Part shown: positions 47,345 through 57,837 of the stretch, piece after piece | How positions within the stretch are numbered: position 1 is the stretch's first letter | Layout: each line of letters starts with the position of its first letter | Assembly: GCA_039932795.1 (NCBI GenBank) | Contig: JBDTPH010000264.1 | Location: forward strand, 1 to 63,792 | DNA from: Chloroflexota bacterium | GTDB lineage: Bacteria > Chloroflexota > Anaerolineae > Anaerolineales > Villigracilaceae | Length of the DNA stretch: 63,792 bases | Direction: 5' to 3' | Program-made: the position numbers and the translations under genes | Notes under the pieces: model-generated | Databases searched by the model: none | Told to the model about the DNA's origin: nothing | What the model saw: only the letters and a program-made list of their open reading frames with translations

Positions 47345-47528
47345 ATAATTCTCTAAATCAACAATGCTGTCCTATCTGTCCGAAGTCCGTTCAGCCGTTC
47401 GCGTGCTATCCGCGTCATGTATGCGTGGAATGTGCATGCCGCTGAGGGTGGCTTTGGTGGCCTCGTCATTCAGCCGGCATAGAAATATCCCAATTCCCAT
47501 AAACACATGAAAGTGGAGGAACAGCAAA

Positions 47529-48458
47529 ATGGCCAGCTATAAAGTTGAACCCAATGAAGATACGCTGCATGGCTTCTTCTCGCGCGATCTGCCACCGATC
47601 CTCACGATCGACTCAGGCGATACGGTGCATTTCACAACGCTGGAAGCCGAATGGGGATTGGAGAATTTCAATGTCACTACATTTGATCCCAAGGCAGGTC
47701 CTACACCGCGAAACCTGATGGCCAGGAGCAAATGGGATGGACCCAGAGGACACGCGCTGTGCGGACCCATTGCCATCCGCGGCGCAGAGCCAGGAATGAC
47801 GCTTGCAGTCAAGGTTGAGAATATTCGAACCGGCACATGGGGTTGGACAGTAGGAGGTGATGAAGTCACAGACGGGCATGTAATGCATTTATGGGAACTC
47901 GATCCTGATCAACTGCGTGGACGCAACCAACACGGGCATCAGGTGAATCTTCATCCATTCATGGGCGTGATGGGTATGCCGCCCCCTGAAGAAGGTCAAC
48001 ACTCGACACAGCCGCCGCGTCTCACTGGTGGGAATATTGACTGCAAGGAACTCGGCGCGGGCACCACACTTTATTTGCCCATCGCGGTACCCGGCGGATT
48101 ATTCTCCACGGGGGATGGGCACGCGGCCCAAGGTGACGGTGAAGTCAGCCGCACTGCGATTGAATGCCCGATTGAGGATGTGGAATTGACTTTTCACCTG
48201 CATCCGGACCTGCATCTCAATACGCCTCGCGCCAACACCCCGGCGGGTTGGCTGACCCTCGGCTTTGACGAAAGCCTGAACATCGCCGCACAGACGGCGC
48301 TCAGCGATATGATCAACCTGATGGCAGAGAAATACAACGTCACCCGTGCGGATGCCAAGGCGCTCGCAAGCATAGTGGTGGACATGCGCATTACACAGAT
48401 CGCAAATGGAGTATTTGGCGTACATGCGGTGCTGCCGCATGGAGCGATTGAGATATAA
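47529..48458 (+). CDS. acetamidase/formamidase family protein
   Basis: GHALCGPI, GGNIDC, GDGHAAQGDGE. Confidence 0.92.
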   Translation: MASYKVEPNEDTLHGFFSRDLPPILTIDSGDTVHFTTLEAEWGLENFNVTTFDPKAGPTPRNLMARSKWDGPRGHALCGPIAIRGAEPGMTLAVKVENIRTGTWGWTVGGDEVTDGHVMHLWELDPDQLRGRNQHGHQVNLHPFMGVMGMPPPEEGQHSTQPPRLTGGNIDCKELGAGTTLYLPIAVPGGLFSTGDGHAAQGDGEVSRTAIECPIEDVELTFHLHPDLHLNTPRANTPAGWLTLGFDESLNIAAQTALSDMINLMAEKYNVTRADAKALASIVVDMRITQIANGVFGVHAVLPHGAIEI

Positions 48459-48520
48459 AACAATAACCATTCAGCCAGGTTGGAAATTATTCTGATTCCT
48501 ACAAGTGTATAATTTGCCCA

Positions 48521-49591
48521 GTGGAAAAATTACCGCTCAATCAAATCCTGCATGGTGATTGCATCAAGATTCTCAAGGACCTGCCTAAGAACTCTGTGGA
48601 CTGCGTATTTGCCGACCCCCCTTACAACCTGCAACTGCATCATGACCTGTACCGCCCGGACATGTCCAAGGTGGATGCGGTGAATGACCACTGGGACAAG
48701 TTCAGCGATTTCGCAGAATATGACGAATTCACACGCGGGTGGCTATCCGCAAGTCAATGTGTGCTAAAGGAGACAGGCACGATCTGGGTCATCGGGTCGT
48801 ACCATAATATTTATCGAGTGGGTTCTATTATGCAAGATTTGGGATTCTGGATCCTCAATGATGTGGTGTGGTTAAAAATTAATCCGATGCCGAACTTCAG
48901 AGGCGTGCGTTTTACGAATGCTCATGAGACAATGATCTGGGCGCAGAAGAAAAAGGGCGCGAAGTATACTTTCAATCACCATTCGATGAAGAAGCTCAAT
49001 GATGATCTGCAAATGCGTTCCGATTGGACCATTCCCCTGGTCACAGGCAGGCACCGCATCATGTCCAACGGCACAAAGGCACATTCCACGCAGAAGCCAG
49101 AGGCACTGCTGTACCGGGTCATCATGGCGTCGTCGAATGTTGGGGATGTGGTGCTCGATCCGTTTTTTGGCAGTGGGACAACAGGTGCCGTAGCCAAGAA
49201 ACTCGGGCGGAACTGGGTGGGCATCGAACGCGACAAGAAATACATCAAGGTCGCGCAGAAGCGGATCGACGCGATCGGGCAGACGGATGAAGAGGCGATC
49301 AACGTTGAAAAACGGAAGCAGGCCCGCGTCCCGTTTGGGGCGCTGCTCGAAAACGGACTGCTCCAACCCGGCCAGCCACTTTACTTTGCTAAAAACAGCA
49401 TCAGGGCAAAAATCCTATCCAATGGGCATCTGCGCTGCGGGGATGTCACTGGGTCCATTCATGGAGTTGCAAAGGCATTGATGAACGGCGCGCCTGTCAA
49501 TGGCTGGGATATGTGGTTTTATAAAGATGAAAGTGGTACAAAGGTTGTTATTAACGAGCTGCGAGAAAAACTTCGTACGTCCAGGAGCTGA
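48521..49591 (+). CDS. CcrM/M.HinfI-like orphan adenine DNA methyltransferase (probable GANTC)
   Basis: DPPYNLQL, NPMPNFRG, HSTQKP, DPFFGSGTT; C-terminal RVPFG...GSIH...NGW domain. Confidence 0.88.
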   Translation: MEKLPLNQILHGDCIKILKDLPKNSVDCVFADPPYNLQLHHDLYRPDMSKVDAVNDHWDKFSDFAEYDEFTRGWLSASQCVLKETGTIWVIGSYHNIYRVGSIMQDLGFWILNDVVWLKINPMPNFRGVRFTNAHETMIWAQKKKGAKYTFNHHSMKKLNDDLQMRSDWTIPLVTGRHRIMSNGTKAHSTQKPEALLYRVIMASSNVGDVVLDPFFGSGTTGAVAKKLGRNWVGIERDKKYIKVAQKRIDAIGQTDEEAINVEKRKQARVPFGALLENGLLQPGQPLYFAKNSIRAKILSNGHLRCGDVTGSIHGVAKALMNGAPVNGWDMWFYKDESGTKVVINELREKLRTSRS

Positions 49592-49638
49592 CGTTCGACC
49601 CTGGATCTTTAAACCTAAACAAAATCAAGAGGAGAACC

Positions 49639-52548
49639 ATGTCCAAAGCATTTAACCTGGTCAGGGAACAGAACGTTCCCGAATTAAATTCGGTTGCAAA
49701 GCTGTACGTCCATAAACGGACAGGCGCGCGGCTGCTCTCGATCATCAATAATGATGAGAACAAAGTGTTCAGTATTAACTTCCGCACCACGCCTAAAGAT
49801 TCGACAGGCGTTCCGCACATCCTTGAACACAGTGTGCTGAATGGTTCCGAGAAATATCCTGTCAAGGAACCGTTTGTGGAATTGCTGAAGGGTTCACTTG
49901 CGACCTTTGTCAACGCGTTCACCTTCCCTGATAAAACGTGCTATCCCGTGGCGAGCCAGAACGTGCAGGACTTTTACAACCTGATCGATGTGTACATGGA
50001 TGCAACCCTGCATCCTCTGATCAGCGAACAGACCCTGATGCAGGAAGGCTGGCACTACGAGATCGACGATCCCACAGAGCCGCTCACGTACAAGGGCGTG
50101 GTCTTCAATGAGATGAAGGGCGCGTATTCCTCTCCTGATGGCATACTCGAGACGCGCGTGATCGAATCGCTTTTCCCCAAACATATTTACGGCGTGGATT
50201 CAGGTGGCGACCCGCGTCACATCCCGGACCTTACCTATGAAAACTTCAGGAACTTTTGGGAAACATACTACCATCCATCCAACTCGTTCATATTCTTTTA
50301 TGGAAACGATGATCCTGAAAAACGTCTCAAGCTGATGGAAGGTTATCTCAAGCCATACAAAAAGAAAAAGGTTAAATCCTCTGTCCCGCTTGCCAAACCA
50401 TTTAGACGACCGAAGAAAGTGGAATTTGCGTATGACGCAGGCGATGTCAAGGATAGTGATAAAAAACATTATCTTGTCGTCAACTGGAAACTGCCCGACA
50501 CATCCGACGCGGTCCTTAATTTCAGCCTGCGCATTCTAGGTCACATCCTGATCGGCACACCCGCCTCCCCACTCAAGAAGGCGCTGCTTGATTCAGGTCT
50601 CGGTGAAGACCTGGCGGGCATTGGCACTGAAACCAACATGCGCCATCTTATTTTTTCCGCTGGGCTCAAGGGCACCCGCAAACGCCACGCGAAGAAGATC
50701 GAAAAACTAATCATTAATACGCTCGAGTCACTTGCCCGCGACGGGATTGATCCCGATATGGTCGCATCCGCCATGAACACAGTTGAGTTCCATCTGCGCG
50801 AGAACAACACAGGCTCGTTTCCGGTAGGCATTGCGCTTATGCTCCGTGTGCTGACTACCTGGATGCATGATGAAGATCCATTCAAGCTGCTCGCGTTTGA
50901 GTCTCCGCTGTATGAGATCAAAAGCAGACTCGCAGCCGACCCGCATTACTTTGCGAAACTCATCCAGACTCATCTTTTGGATAACCCCCACCGCACGATC
51001 CTGCGCCTCACTCCGGACCCTGAGCTGGGTCGCCGCTTCGACGAAGACGAGAAAGCCCGACTGGCAAAGATCCGCGAGTCGATGAATGAGAGTCAAATTG
51101 CGCAATTGATCGAGAACACAAAACAACTCAAGCTCAGGCAGGAGACTCCGGACGCACCCGAGGCACTGGAAAAGCTTCCGGTTCTTAAACGTGAAGATCT
51201 GGAAAAGGAAAACAAATCGATCCCGATGGAAGTCCTTGAACTTCAAGATACAAAGGTTCTGTATCATGACCTCTTCACAAATGGCATTGTCTATCTCGAT
51301 CTCGGTTTTGACCTGCACGCGCTGTCAAAGGAACTCGTTCCATTGACGGAGATCTTCGCTCGCGCATTACTCGAGATGGGCACCGAGACGGAGGATTACG
51401 TTAGACTGTCGCAGCGGATCGGAAAAAGCACGGGTGGCATCACAGGCAGCTCGGTTACCACGACAACTTTCGGGACCCGCGAGAGCGTGGCAAAACTTTT
51501 CCTGCGCGGCAAAGCCACTCTCCAGCAGTCCACTGAACTGCTGAACATCCTGAAGGATATCCTGCTCACTGTGAAACTTGACAATCGCGAACGCCTAAAG
51601 CAGATCGTACTTGAGGAAAAAGCGGGCCTTGAGGCTGCGTTGGTGCCCAGCGGCCATATTTATGTCAATCAACGATTGCGCGCACAGTTCGGCGAATCGG
51701 GTTGGGCGAAGGATCAGATGAGCGGAATCGGTTATTTGTTCGCGCTCCGTGAGCTGGCGAATGACATTGATAAAAAGTGGAAATCGGTGCTGAAGAGGCT
51801 CGAAGCCATGCGAGAGGCGTTGATCAACCGCAATGCCTTGTTGTGTAATGTAACTGTGGATGTCACGAACTGGAGTATGTTCAAGCCACAGCTTGACTCG
51901 TTCCTCTCCGCACTGCCCGCAAAGGAATTGAAACTTGCACCATTTGGTGTCCAGCCTGCACCCCGAAAGGAAGGGCTGACAATCCCTGCCCAGGTCAATT
52001 ATGTTGGCAAAGGGGCAAACCTGTATGATCTCGGATATGAATACGATGGCTCCGCTGAAGTCATTGTGGGATACCTGCGCATGGCATATCTATGGGAGAA
52101 GATCCGCGTGCAAGGTGGAGCGTATGGTGGATTCTCTGTCTTTGACGATGCGTCTGGGGTATTCACCTTCCTTTCCTACCGCGATCCCAATGTTGCCGGG
52201 ACGATTGAAAATTACGATAAAGCCGCAGAATTCCTGAAGGGACTGGATGCATCCCACCTCAGCGATAACGAACTGACCAAAGCCATCATCGCCGCGATCG
52301 GCGATCTCGATACTTATCAACTTCCTGATGCAAAGGGATATACATCCATGCTGCGTTATCTGACAGGACGAAGCGATGTACTACGACAAAAAATCCGCGA
52401 CGAAGTCCTGTCCACGAACGGTGAAGACTTTATCGCCTTTGGCGAAGTACTGGAAAAAGCAAGCCAATCGGATGCCGTGGCCGTGCTGGGATCGCAGAAC
52501 GCGCTTGAGTCTGCAAATATCGGGTTGGAAATCACGAAGGTTTTGTAA
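49639..52548 (+). CDS. M16C insulinase / presequence protease-like peptidase
   Basis: HILEH inverted zinc motif, NAFT, VFNEMKG, IRVQGGAYG, SYRDP. Confidence 0.95.
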   Translation: MSKAFNLVREQNVPELNSVAKLYVHKRTGARLLSIINNDENKVFSINFRTTPKDSTGVPHILEHSVLNGSEKYPVKEPFVELLKGSLATFVNAFTFPDKTCYPVASQNVQDFYNLIDVYMDATLHPLISEQTLMQEGWHYEIDDPTEPLTYKGVVFNEMKGAYSSPDGILETRVIESLFPKHIYGVDSGGDPRHIPDLTYENFRNFWETYYHPSNSFIFFYGNDDPEKRLKLMEGYLKPYKKKKVKSSVPLAKPFRRPKKVEFAYDAGDVKDSDKKHYLVVNWKLPDTSDAVLNFSLRILGHILIGTPASPLKKALLDSGLGEDLAGIGTETNMRHLIFSAGLKGTRKRHAKKIEKLIINTLESLARDGIDPDMVASAMNTVEFHLRENNTGSFPVGIALMLRVLTTWMHDEDPFKLLAFESPLYEIKSRLAADPHYFAKLIQTHLLDNPHRTILRLTPDPELGRRFDEDEKARLAKIRESMNESQIAQLIENTKQLKLRQETPDAPEALEKLPVLKREDLEKENKSIPMEVLELQDTKVLYHDLFTNGIVYLDLGFDLHALSKELVPLTEIFARALLEMGTETEDYVRLSQRIGKSTGGITGSSVTTTTFGTRESVAKLFLRGKATLQQSTELLNILKDILLTVKLDNRERLKQIVLEEKAGLEAALVPSGHIYVNQRLRAQFGESGWAKDQMSGIGYLFALRELANDIDKKWKSVLKRLEAMREALINRNALLCNVTVDVTNWSMFKPQLDSFLSALPAKELKLAPFGVQPAPRKEGLTIPAQVNYVGKGANLYDLGYEYDGSAEVIVGYLRMAYLWEKIRVQGGAYGGFSVFDDASGVFTFLSYRDPNVAGTIENYDKAAEFLKGLDASHLSDNELTKAIIAAIGDLDTYQLPDAKGYTSMLRYLTGRSDVLRQKIRDEVLSTNGEDFIAFGEVLEKASQSDAVAVLGSQNALESANIGLEITKVL

Positions 52549-52582
52549 CCCTCTCCTTTTCAGGGAGATGGAAGGGTGAGGG
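52549..52582. repeat. left REP-like palindrome flanking the DUF559 gene
   Basis: CCCTCTCC...GGAGATGG...GGGTGAGGG. Confidence 0.65.
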
Positions 52583-52591
52583 TCACCACGC

Positions 52592-52968
52592 ATGGAAACG
52601 AGACATCGCATTCATCCGATAATTCTGGCCGCGCTCGTGAAATGCGTCATCCACAAACGCCTGCAGAAGCAACTCTTTGGTGTGCTTTGCGAAATCGCCA
52701 GACTGGTTTTAAATTCAGGCGACAACACCCAATGGATAGGTTTATCATTGACTCTTACTGCGCTCAAGCCAAGTTGTTTGACGGTGAGTCACACTTTCAA
52801 CCCAACCAAGAAGAATACGATAAGGCACGAACAAAATATCTGGAAGAACTTGGCTACAAAGTAATTCGGTTTGCCAATGATGATGTTAAATACAATATTC
52901 ACGCAGTTGCAGGTGAAATTCCGTAAACTGTTGAATGTAGAATTACAGAGTTACAAGGCAAAAAATAA
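52592..52968 (+). pseudogene. DUF559 (Vsr-like) endonuclease pseudogene
   Basis: METRHRIHP then a frameshift to RAREMR..TPAE..LW, FRRQHP, DGESH, VIRF; in-frame TAA at 52924. Confidence 0.8.
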
Positions 52969-52974
52969 CTCTAC

Positions 52975-53008
52975 CCTCACCACGGCCCTCTCCTAGCGGG
53001 GAGAGGGG
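52975..53008. repeat. right REP-like palindrome flanking the DUF559 gene
   Basis: CCCTCACC...CCCTCTCC-TAGCGG-GGAGAGGG, inverted relative to the left copy. Confidence 0.7.
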
Positions 53009-53020
53009 AAGGAATTGAAT

Positions 53021-55996
53021 ATGAATCTCACACTCAAGATCAACGGCATTGAACACACGATTGACACAGCACCATCCATTACCCTTCTCGCCGCCCTACG
53101 CGGGCTGGGTTTCTATGGAATTAAGTTTGGTGATGAGCAGGGACTGTCTGGCTCGGATACCATCCTGCTCGATGGTAAAGCCGTCAATGGTGGGTCCATG
53201 CTTGCCGCACAGGCCGAGGGACATAACATCGTCACAATTGAAGCATTGGGTGAGCATCCCGAACAGGGCTGGAGGAAGACCGAAGGCTTACATCCGCTGC
53301 AAAAGGCGTTTGTCGAGTCGGGCGCGATCCAGTGTGGATACTGCACACCGGCCCAGATCCTTGCGGCGAAGGCATTGCTTGATAGGAATTCGAATCCAAG
53401 TGAAGAGCAGGTTCGGGATGCGATTGCAGGAGTGCTGTGTCGCTGTACGGGATATCTCAAACCTGTTCAGGCGGTGTTGAAAGCTGCGGCAGACATGCGC
53501 GGCGACACAGAGGTCGGTGAGCAACTGGCCGCAAGTGGTGATCCGTTCGCCTTCCCGGCCGCGCCCGGGCAAGCAGGGCTCGATTCGCCCAGCCCATCCT
53601 TTGTCACCACGAGTGTCATGCCGAAGGTGATCGTCACTCCGCAGACCGAAACCTATAAAACTGTGGGCAAGCCTGAAAAGAAAGTGGACGCGATCAAACT
53701 GGTACAGGGCAAACCTGCCTTTACCGCGGACCTGGATATGCGCGGTATGTTGTACGCGCGCGTGCTGAGGAGTCCGCATGCTCACGCTCGCATCAGGAAC
53801 ATCGACGCCAGCAGAGCCCGTGAGCTGAAAGGCGTGGCTGCGGTGCTCACATGGCAGGATATTCCCCGCATCGTCTATTCCACGGCGGGACAGTCCGACC
53901 CGATCCCGGGCCCTCTCGATACATTTTCGCTGGACAATAAAGTGAGATTTGTGGGTGACCGCGTGGCCATGGTCGCGGCAGAGACAGCGGAGATTGCGGA
54001 GCACGCGCTGAGCCTGATCGACGTGGACTATGAAGTTCTGCCTGCACTCCTTGATTCTCGAAAATCGATGGATCTAAATGCGCCTCGCATCCACGATGAG
54101 CCTGAGTTCATTAACTTCGCGGATTCCAACCCTGAAAAGAATCTCGCGGCCGAGATCCGCATCGACATCGGTGACGTGGAAAAGGGGTTCGCTGAAGCGG
54201 AGGAAATCTTCGAAGCAGACTATGAGGTTCCAAAAGTACAACAGGCACACATTGAACCGCATGTCTGCGTGACGTACTGGGATGAAGATGATCGCCTGGT
54301 GATCCGCACCTCCACGCAGGTGCCGTTCCATGTGCGACGAATGCTCGCACCTGTGTTGGCGCTTCCCGTCAAACGCATCCGCGTCATCAAACCGCGCATT
54401 GGCGGCGGCTTTGGAGGCAAGCAGGAAGTGCTGATGGAAGACGTGCCCGCGCACCTGACGATCGCCACGCGCCGACCCGTGATTTATGAATATACGCGCG
54501 AAGAGGAATTCATTGGCGCCCGCTCGCGTCACCCGATGAAAATAAAAATGAAAACAGGTGTGAAGCGCGATGGGACGATCACTGCAAATTCCATGTATGC
54601 TTTGTCAGATACTGGCGCATATGGCTGCCACGCACTGACCGTCACAGGCAATACAGGTCACAAAGCGATGGCCTTGTACGTCGGCGACGGAGAGTATCGC
54701 AAGGCTCCCAACATCCGCTTTTATGCGGACGTGGTCTACACCAACACACCGCCAGCAGGCGCATTCCGCGGCTACGGCGTCCCACAGGGATACTGGCCGC
54801 TTGATCGTCACATGGAAAAGATCGCCCGTGCCCTGAATCTCGACCCGATCGAATTCCGTTTAAAGAACGCGATTCATCCGGGCGAGTATCATCCGTTTTC
54901 CACGGCGTGGAATGAAGGACGCGAGCCGCGGCCCGAGATCGTCCACACGGTCGGGCTCGAACAATGCGTGGCACAGGGCCGGGCTGCGATTGCCTGGGAT
55001 GACAAATATGGGAATGAGGAATGGCATACAGTTGCGGGCTCATCCAGCCGCTACAGAAGGGGGATCGGCGTTGCCATGGTGATGCAGGGCACGGCCATTC
55101 CGTATCTGGATATGGGCGGCGCATCCATCAAGATGAACGATGATGGCTCATTCAATCTGCTCGTGGGTGCAACGGATCTAGGCACGGGCTCGGATACCGT
55201 CCTGGCGCAGATGGCAGCCGAGGTATTGGGAGTTCCTCTTGAAGACATGATCTGCTATTCATCAGATACCGATTTCACACCGTTCGATAAAGGCGCATAC
55301 GCCTCCTCAACAACCTATATTTCCGGCACTGCCGCAGTCAACGCAGCAAAAATTGTTGCAGAGCGGATCAGAGTCCGCGCGGCAATGATGTTGAAGATGG
55401 ATGATCACAAGGATATCCAGCTCGCAGATCGTCACGCCATAGCGTCCGACGGGCGAACCGTGCCATTCACGGAAATCGCACTCGACTCGCTGCACCGTAA
55501 CAATCAGGAACAGATCATGGGCGTGGCATCCTATGTCTCGCCTGTGTCACCGCCTCCGTTCGCGGCGCAGTTTGCAGAAGTCACTGTGGATGTGGAGACC
55601 GGCGCGGTAACGGTGGACCGGCTCGTGATGGCAGTTGATTCGGGCGTGATCGTCAATCCATTAACTGCTTCGGGGCAGATCGAAGGTGGCATGACGCAAG
55701 CCCTCGGCTACGCGGTCTGCGAAGAGATGCGATATGACGAAAGTGGAAACGCCATCGAGCGCGATCTTGACCGTTATCATATCTTCCGCGCAGATGAAAT
55801 GCCCGCGCTGGAAACAATATTTGTGGAAACGTTTGAGCCGAGCCATCCATTTGGCGTAAAGGCCGTGGCGGAAATTCCGATGGATGGGGTTGCGCCGGCG
55901 GTGGGAAATGCGATCCTGGACGCAGTCGGCGTCAATATCGATGAGAACCCAACCACCCCGGAAAGAGTCTGGAAAGCGCTTCAACAGGTGAAATAA
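53021..55996 (+). CDS. fused [2Fe-2S]/molybdopterin-binding subunit of a xanthine-oxidase-family enzyme (XdhD-like)
   Basis: QCGYCTP, CRCTGY, GGGFGGK, FRGYG, GQIEGG motifs. Confidence 0.93.
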   Translation: MNLTLKINGIEHTIDTAPSITLLAALRGLGFYGIKFGDEQGLSGSDTILLDGKAVNGGSMLAAQAEGHNIVTIEALGEHPEQGWRKTEGLHPLQKAFVESGAIQCGYCTPAQILAAKALLDRNSNPSEEQVRDAIAGVLCRCTGYLKPVQAVLKAAADMRGDTEVGEQLAASGDPFAFPAAPGQAGLDSPSPSFVTTSVMPKVIVTPQTETYKTVGKPEKKVDAIKLVQGKPAFTADLDMRGMLYARVLRSPHAHARIRNIDASRARELKGVAAVLTWQDIPRIVYSTAGQSDPIPGPLDTFSLDNKVRFVGDRVAMVAAETAEIAEHALSLIDVDYEVLPALLDSRKSMDLNAPRIHDEPEFINFADSNPEKNLAAEIRIDIGDVEKGFAEAEEIFEADYEVPKVQQAHIEPHVCVTYWDEDDRLVIRTSTQVPFHVRRMLAPVLALPVKRIRVIKPRIGGGFGGKQEVLMEDVPAHLTIATRRPVIYEYTREEEFIGARSRHPMKIKMKTGVKRDGTITANSMYALSDTGAYGCHALTVTGNTGHKAMALYVGDGEYRKAPNIRFYADVVYTNTPPAGAFRGYGVPQGYWPLDRHMEKIARALNLDPIEFRLKNAIHPGEYHPFSTAWNEGREPRPEIVHTVGLEQCVAQGRAAIAWDDKYGNEEWHTVAGSSSRYRRGIGVAMVMQGTAIPYLDMGGASIKMNDDGSFNLLVGATDLGTGSDTVLAQMAAEVLGVPLEDMICYSSDTDFTPFDKGAYASSTTYISGTAAVNAAKIVAERIRVRAAMMLKMDDHKDIQLADRHAIASDGRTVPFTEIALDSLHRNNQEQIMGVASYVSPVSPPPFAAQFAEVTVDVETGAVTVDRLVMAVDSGVIVNPLTASGQIEGGMTQALGYAVCEEMRYDESGNAIERDLDRYHIFRADEMPALETIFVETFEPSHPFGVKAVAEIPMDGVAPAVGNAILDAVGVNIDENPTTPERVWKALQQVK

Positions 55997-55999
55997 ATT

Positions 56000-57340
56000 A
56001 TGTCAAGAATCTACGTCATCGGACATGTTAACCCTGATACAGACTCTATTGCTTCGGCAATGGGATATGCCTGGCTGCTGCGCGAACGCGATGGAGCAGA
56101 TACACTGGCAGCGCGTGCCGGCCCACTGAATCCGCAGACTGCCTGGGTGCTGAAGGAACTCCAGCTGGATGCGCCCATGTTGCTCACAGATGCGTCGCCT
56201 CGTTTTGAGTCGGTGATGCAGCGGCTCGACAGCACGCGTCCCGAAGGTCAACTCGGGGCGGCATGGACTCTTGCCAGCCGCACCGGCGGCGTGGCGCCCG
56301 TTGTTGACGACGATGGCAAACCCTATGGCATTATCAACGGTTTCAGCCTCTTCAAATACTTTGCTGAAATACTTGGCCCGCGGCCCGGCGATACCACGGT
56401 GCGCGAGATGATGTCCGCGCCGTGCAAGGATGCCGCGGACATCACCGTTCCGAAGTTCGCCGCCAACGCGCACATCCGCGATTCGCTCAACCGCATTCTG
56501 CGCGATGAATATGATGAATTCTGGGTTGTGGATGAGAATGGTCTCTACATGGGTATTGCCCGCCAGCGCGATATCCTCAACCCGCCGCGGCTCAAGATCA
56601 TTCTTGTGGATCACAATGAACCGCGCCAGGCGATCGCAGCGCTCGAGGAAGCGGAACTGCTCGAAATTTTGGATCATCACCGCCTTGGCAATCCTCATAC
56701 GCACACCCCGATCCGCTTTACGGTGGATATCGTGGGATCCACATCGACACTGGTCTGTGAGCAGACGGCAGAGGCAGGGCTCTCCATGCCGCCCAATCTG
56801 GCAGGCGTGCTTCTCGCGGGACTGCTGGCGGATACCCTTATTTTGACATCGCCCACCACCACACCGCGTGATAAACAAGCCGCCGAACGCCTGGCACGCT
56901 GGGCATTCGTGGGAGGCAGTCCGTTGAAGGGCGAGACCATCGAATCCTATGGTAAGGCCGTGCTGTCTGCGGGCGCCGGGCTTTCAAACCGCAAACCGGA
57001 AGAAATCGTCAGTACAGACATCAAGCTCTATGAAGCAGGCGGATTCAAACTCGCCATCGCCCAGGCAGAAGTCACCGATCTGGTACAGCTCTCTGAGCAT
57101 CTGGGGCCGCTGACCAAGGCGCTCAACGACCTGCGCGATAAGCGCGGGCTCGACTTCGCCATGCTGCTCATCACCGACGTGGTGCGCGGCTCAAGCCAGC
57201 TGATCACCTCCTCCGACCCGCCGCCCGTCCTCGCCGACCTGCCGTATCCCCCACTTGCCGATGGGACACGCGATGCGCCCGGTGTGGTATCGAGGAAAAA
57301 ACAGTTGTTGCCTGTAGTACTCGGGTTGCTGGAAAGGTAA
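56000..57340 (+). CDS. ppaC: Mn-dependent inorganic pyrophosphatase (DHH family with CBS-like insert)
   Basis: GHVNPDTDS, VDHNE, DHH, SRKKQ. Confidence 0.9.
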   Translation: MSRIYVIGHVNPDTDSIASAMGYAWLLRERDGADTLAARAGPLNPQTAWVLKELQLDAPMLLTDASPRFESVMQRLDSTRPEGQLGAAWTLASRTGGVAPVVDDDGKPYGIINGFSLFKYFAEILGPRPGDTTVREMMSAPCKDAADITVPKFAANAHIRDSLNRILRDEYDEFWVVDENGLYMGIARQRDILNPPRLKIILVDHNEPRQAIAALEEAELLEILDHHRLGNPHTHTPIRFTVDIVGSTSTLVCEQTAEAGLSMPPNLAGVLLAGLLADTLILTSPTTTPRDKQAAERLARWAFVGGSPLKGETIESYGKAVLSAGAGLSNRKPEEIVSTDIKLYEAGGFKLAIAQAEVTDLVQLSEHLGPLTKALNDLRDKRGLDFAMLLITDVVRGSSQLITSSDPPPVLADLPYPPLADGTRDAPGVVSRKKQLLPVVLGLLER

Positions 57341-57657
57341 TGGAATTTCAAGAGATCATTGACAGAGCAATGGATATACGCAGGCTGTATGAACAAAAAG
57401 AAACGCAGCTCTATGGTTCTGCCTGGACAAGCGAAGAGATCGCGCTGGGTTTTGTGGGCGATGTGGGTGATTTGACTAAATTGATCGTTGCAGAGAATGG
57501 CAGACGCAACATTTTAAACAACAGGGAAAAACTTGAACACGAGCTGGCTGACTGCCTGTGGTCAGTCATTGTCCTTTCGAATCTACATGGCGTGGATATT
57601 GAAAATTCATTCATGGACACAATGGACGAGCTTGAAAAACATCCATTGGAAAAATAA
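57340..57657 (+). CDS. MazG-like nucleotide pyrophosphohydrolase
   Basis: GDVGDL...HELADCLW. Confidence 0.8.
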   Translation: MEFQEIIDRAMDIRRLYEQKETQLYGSAWTSEEIALGFVGDVGDLTKLIVAENGRRNILNNREKLEHELADCLWSVIVLSNLHGVDIENSFMDTMDELEKHPLEK

Positions 57658-57837
57658 TTAAAAAGAGCAAGCCATCTCCAATTGGGCAACAGAGACTTAA
57701 CTATTTTTAGCGTCCTTTGGGGGAAATGAGCCGTGCACTAAGGTACAATGTAGGTATGAATAAGTCTGCAAATCCCTGCCTGCCCGCCCCATTGCCCCTG
57801 CATTCAATCTTGAAAACGGAAGGCAAGGTTGTCTTTG

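Noticed and set aside
47350-47520. GC-rich intergenic stretch that might be a gene remnant or RNA
   Set aside because: No family motif or convincing structure could be assigned
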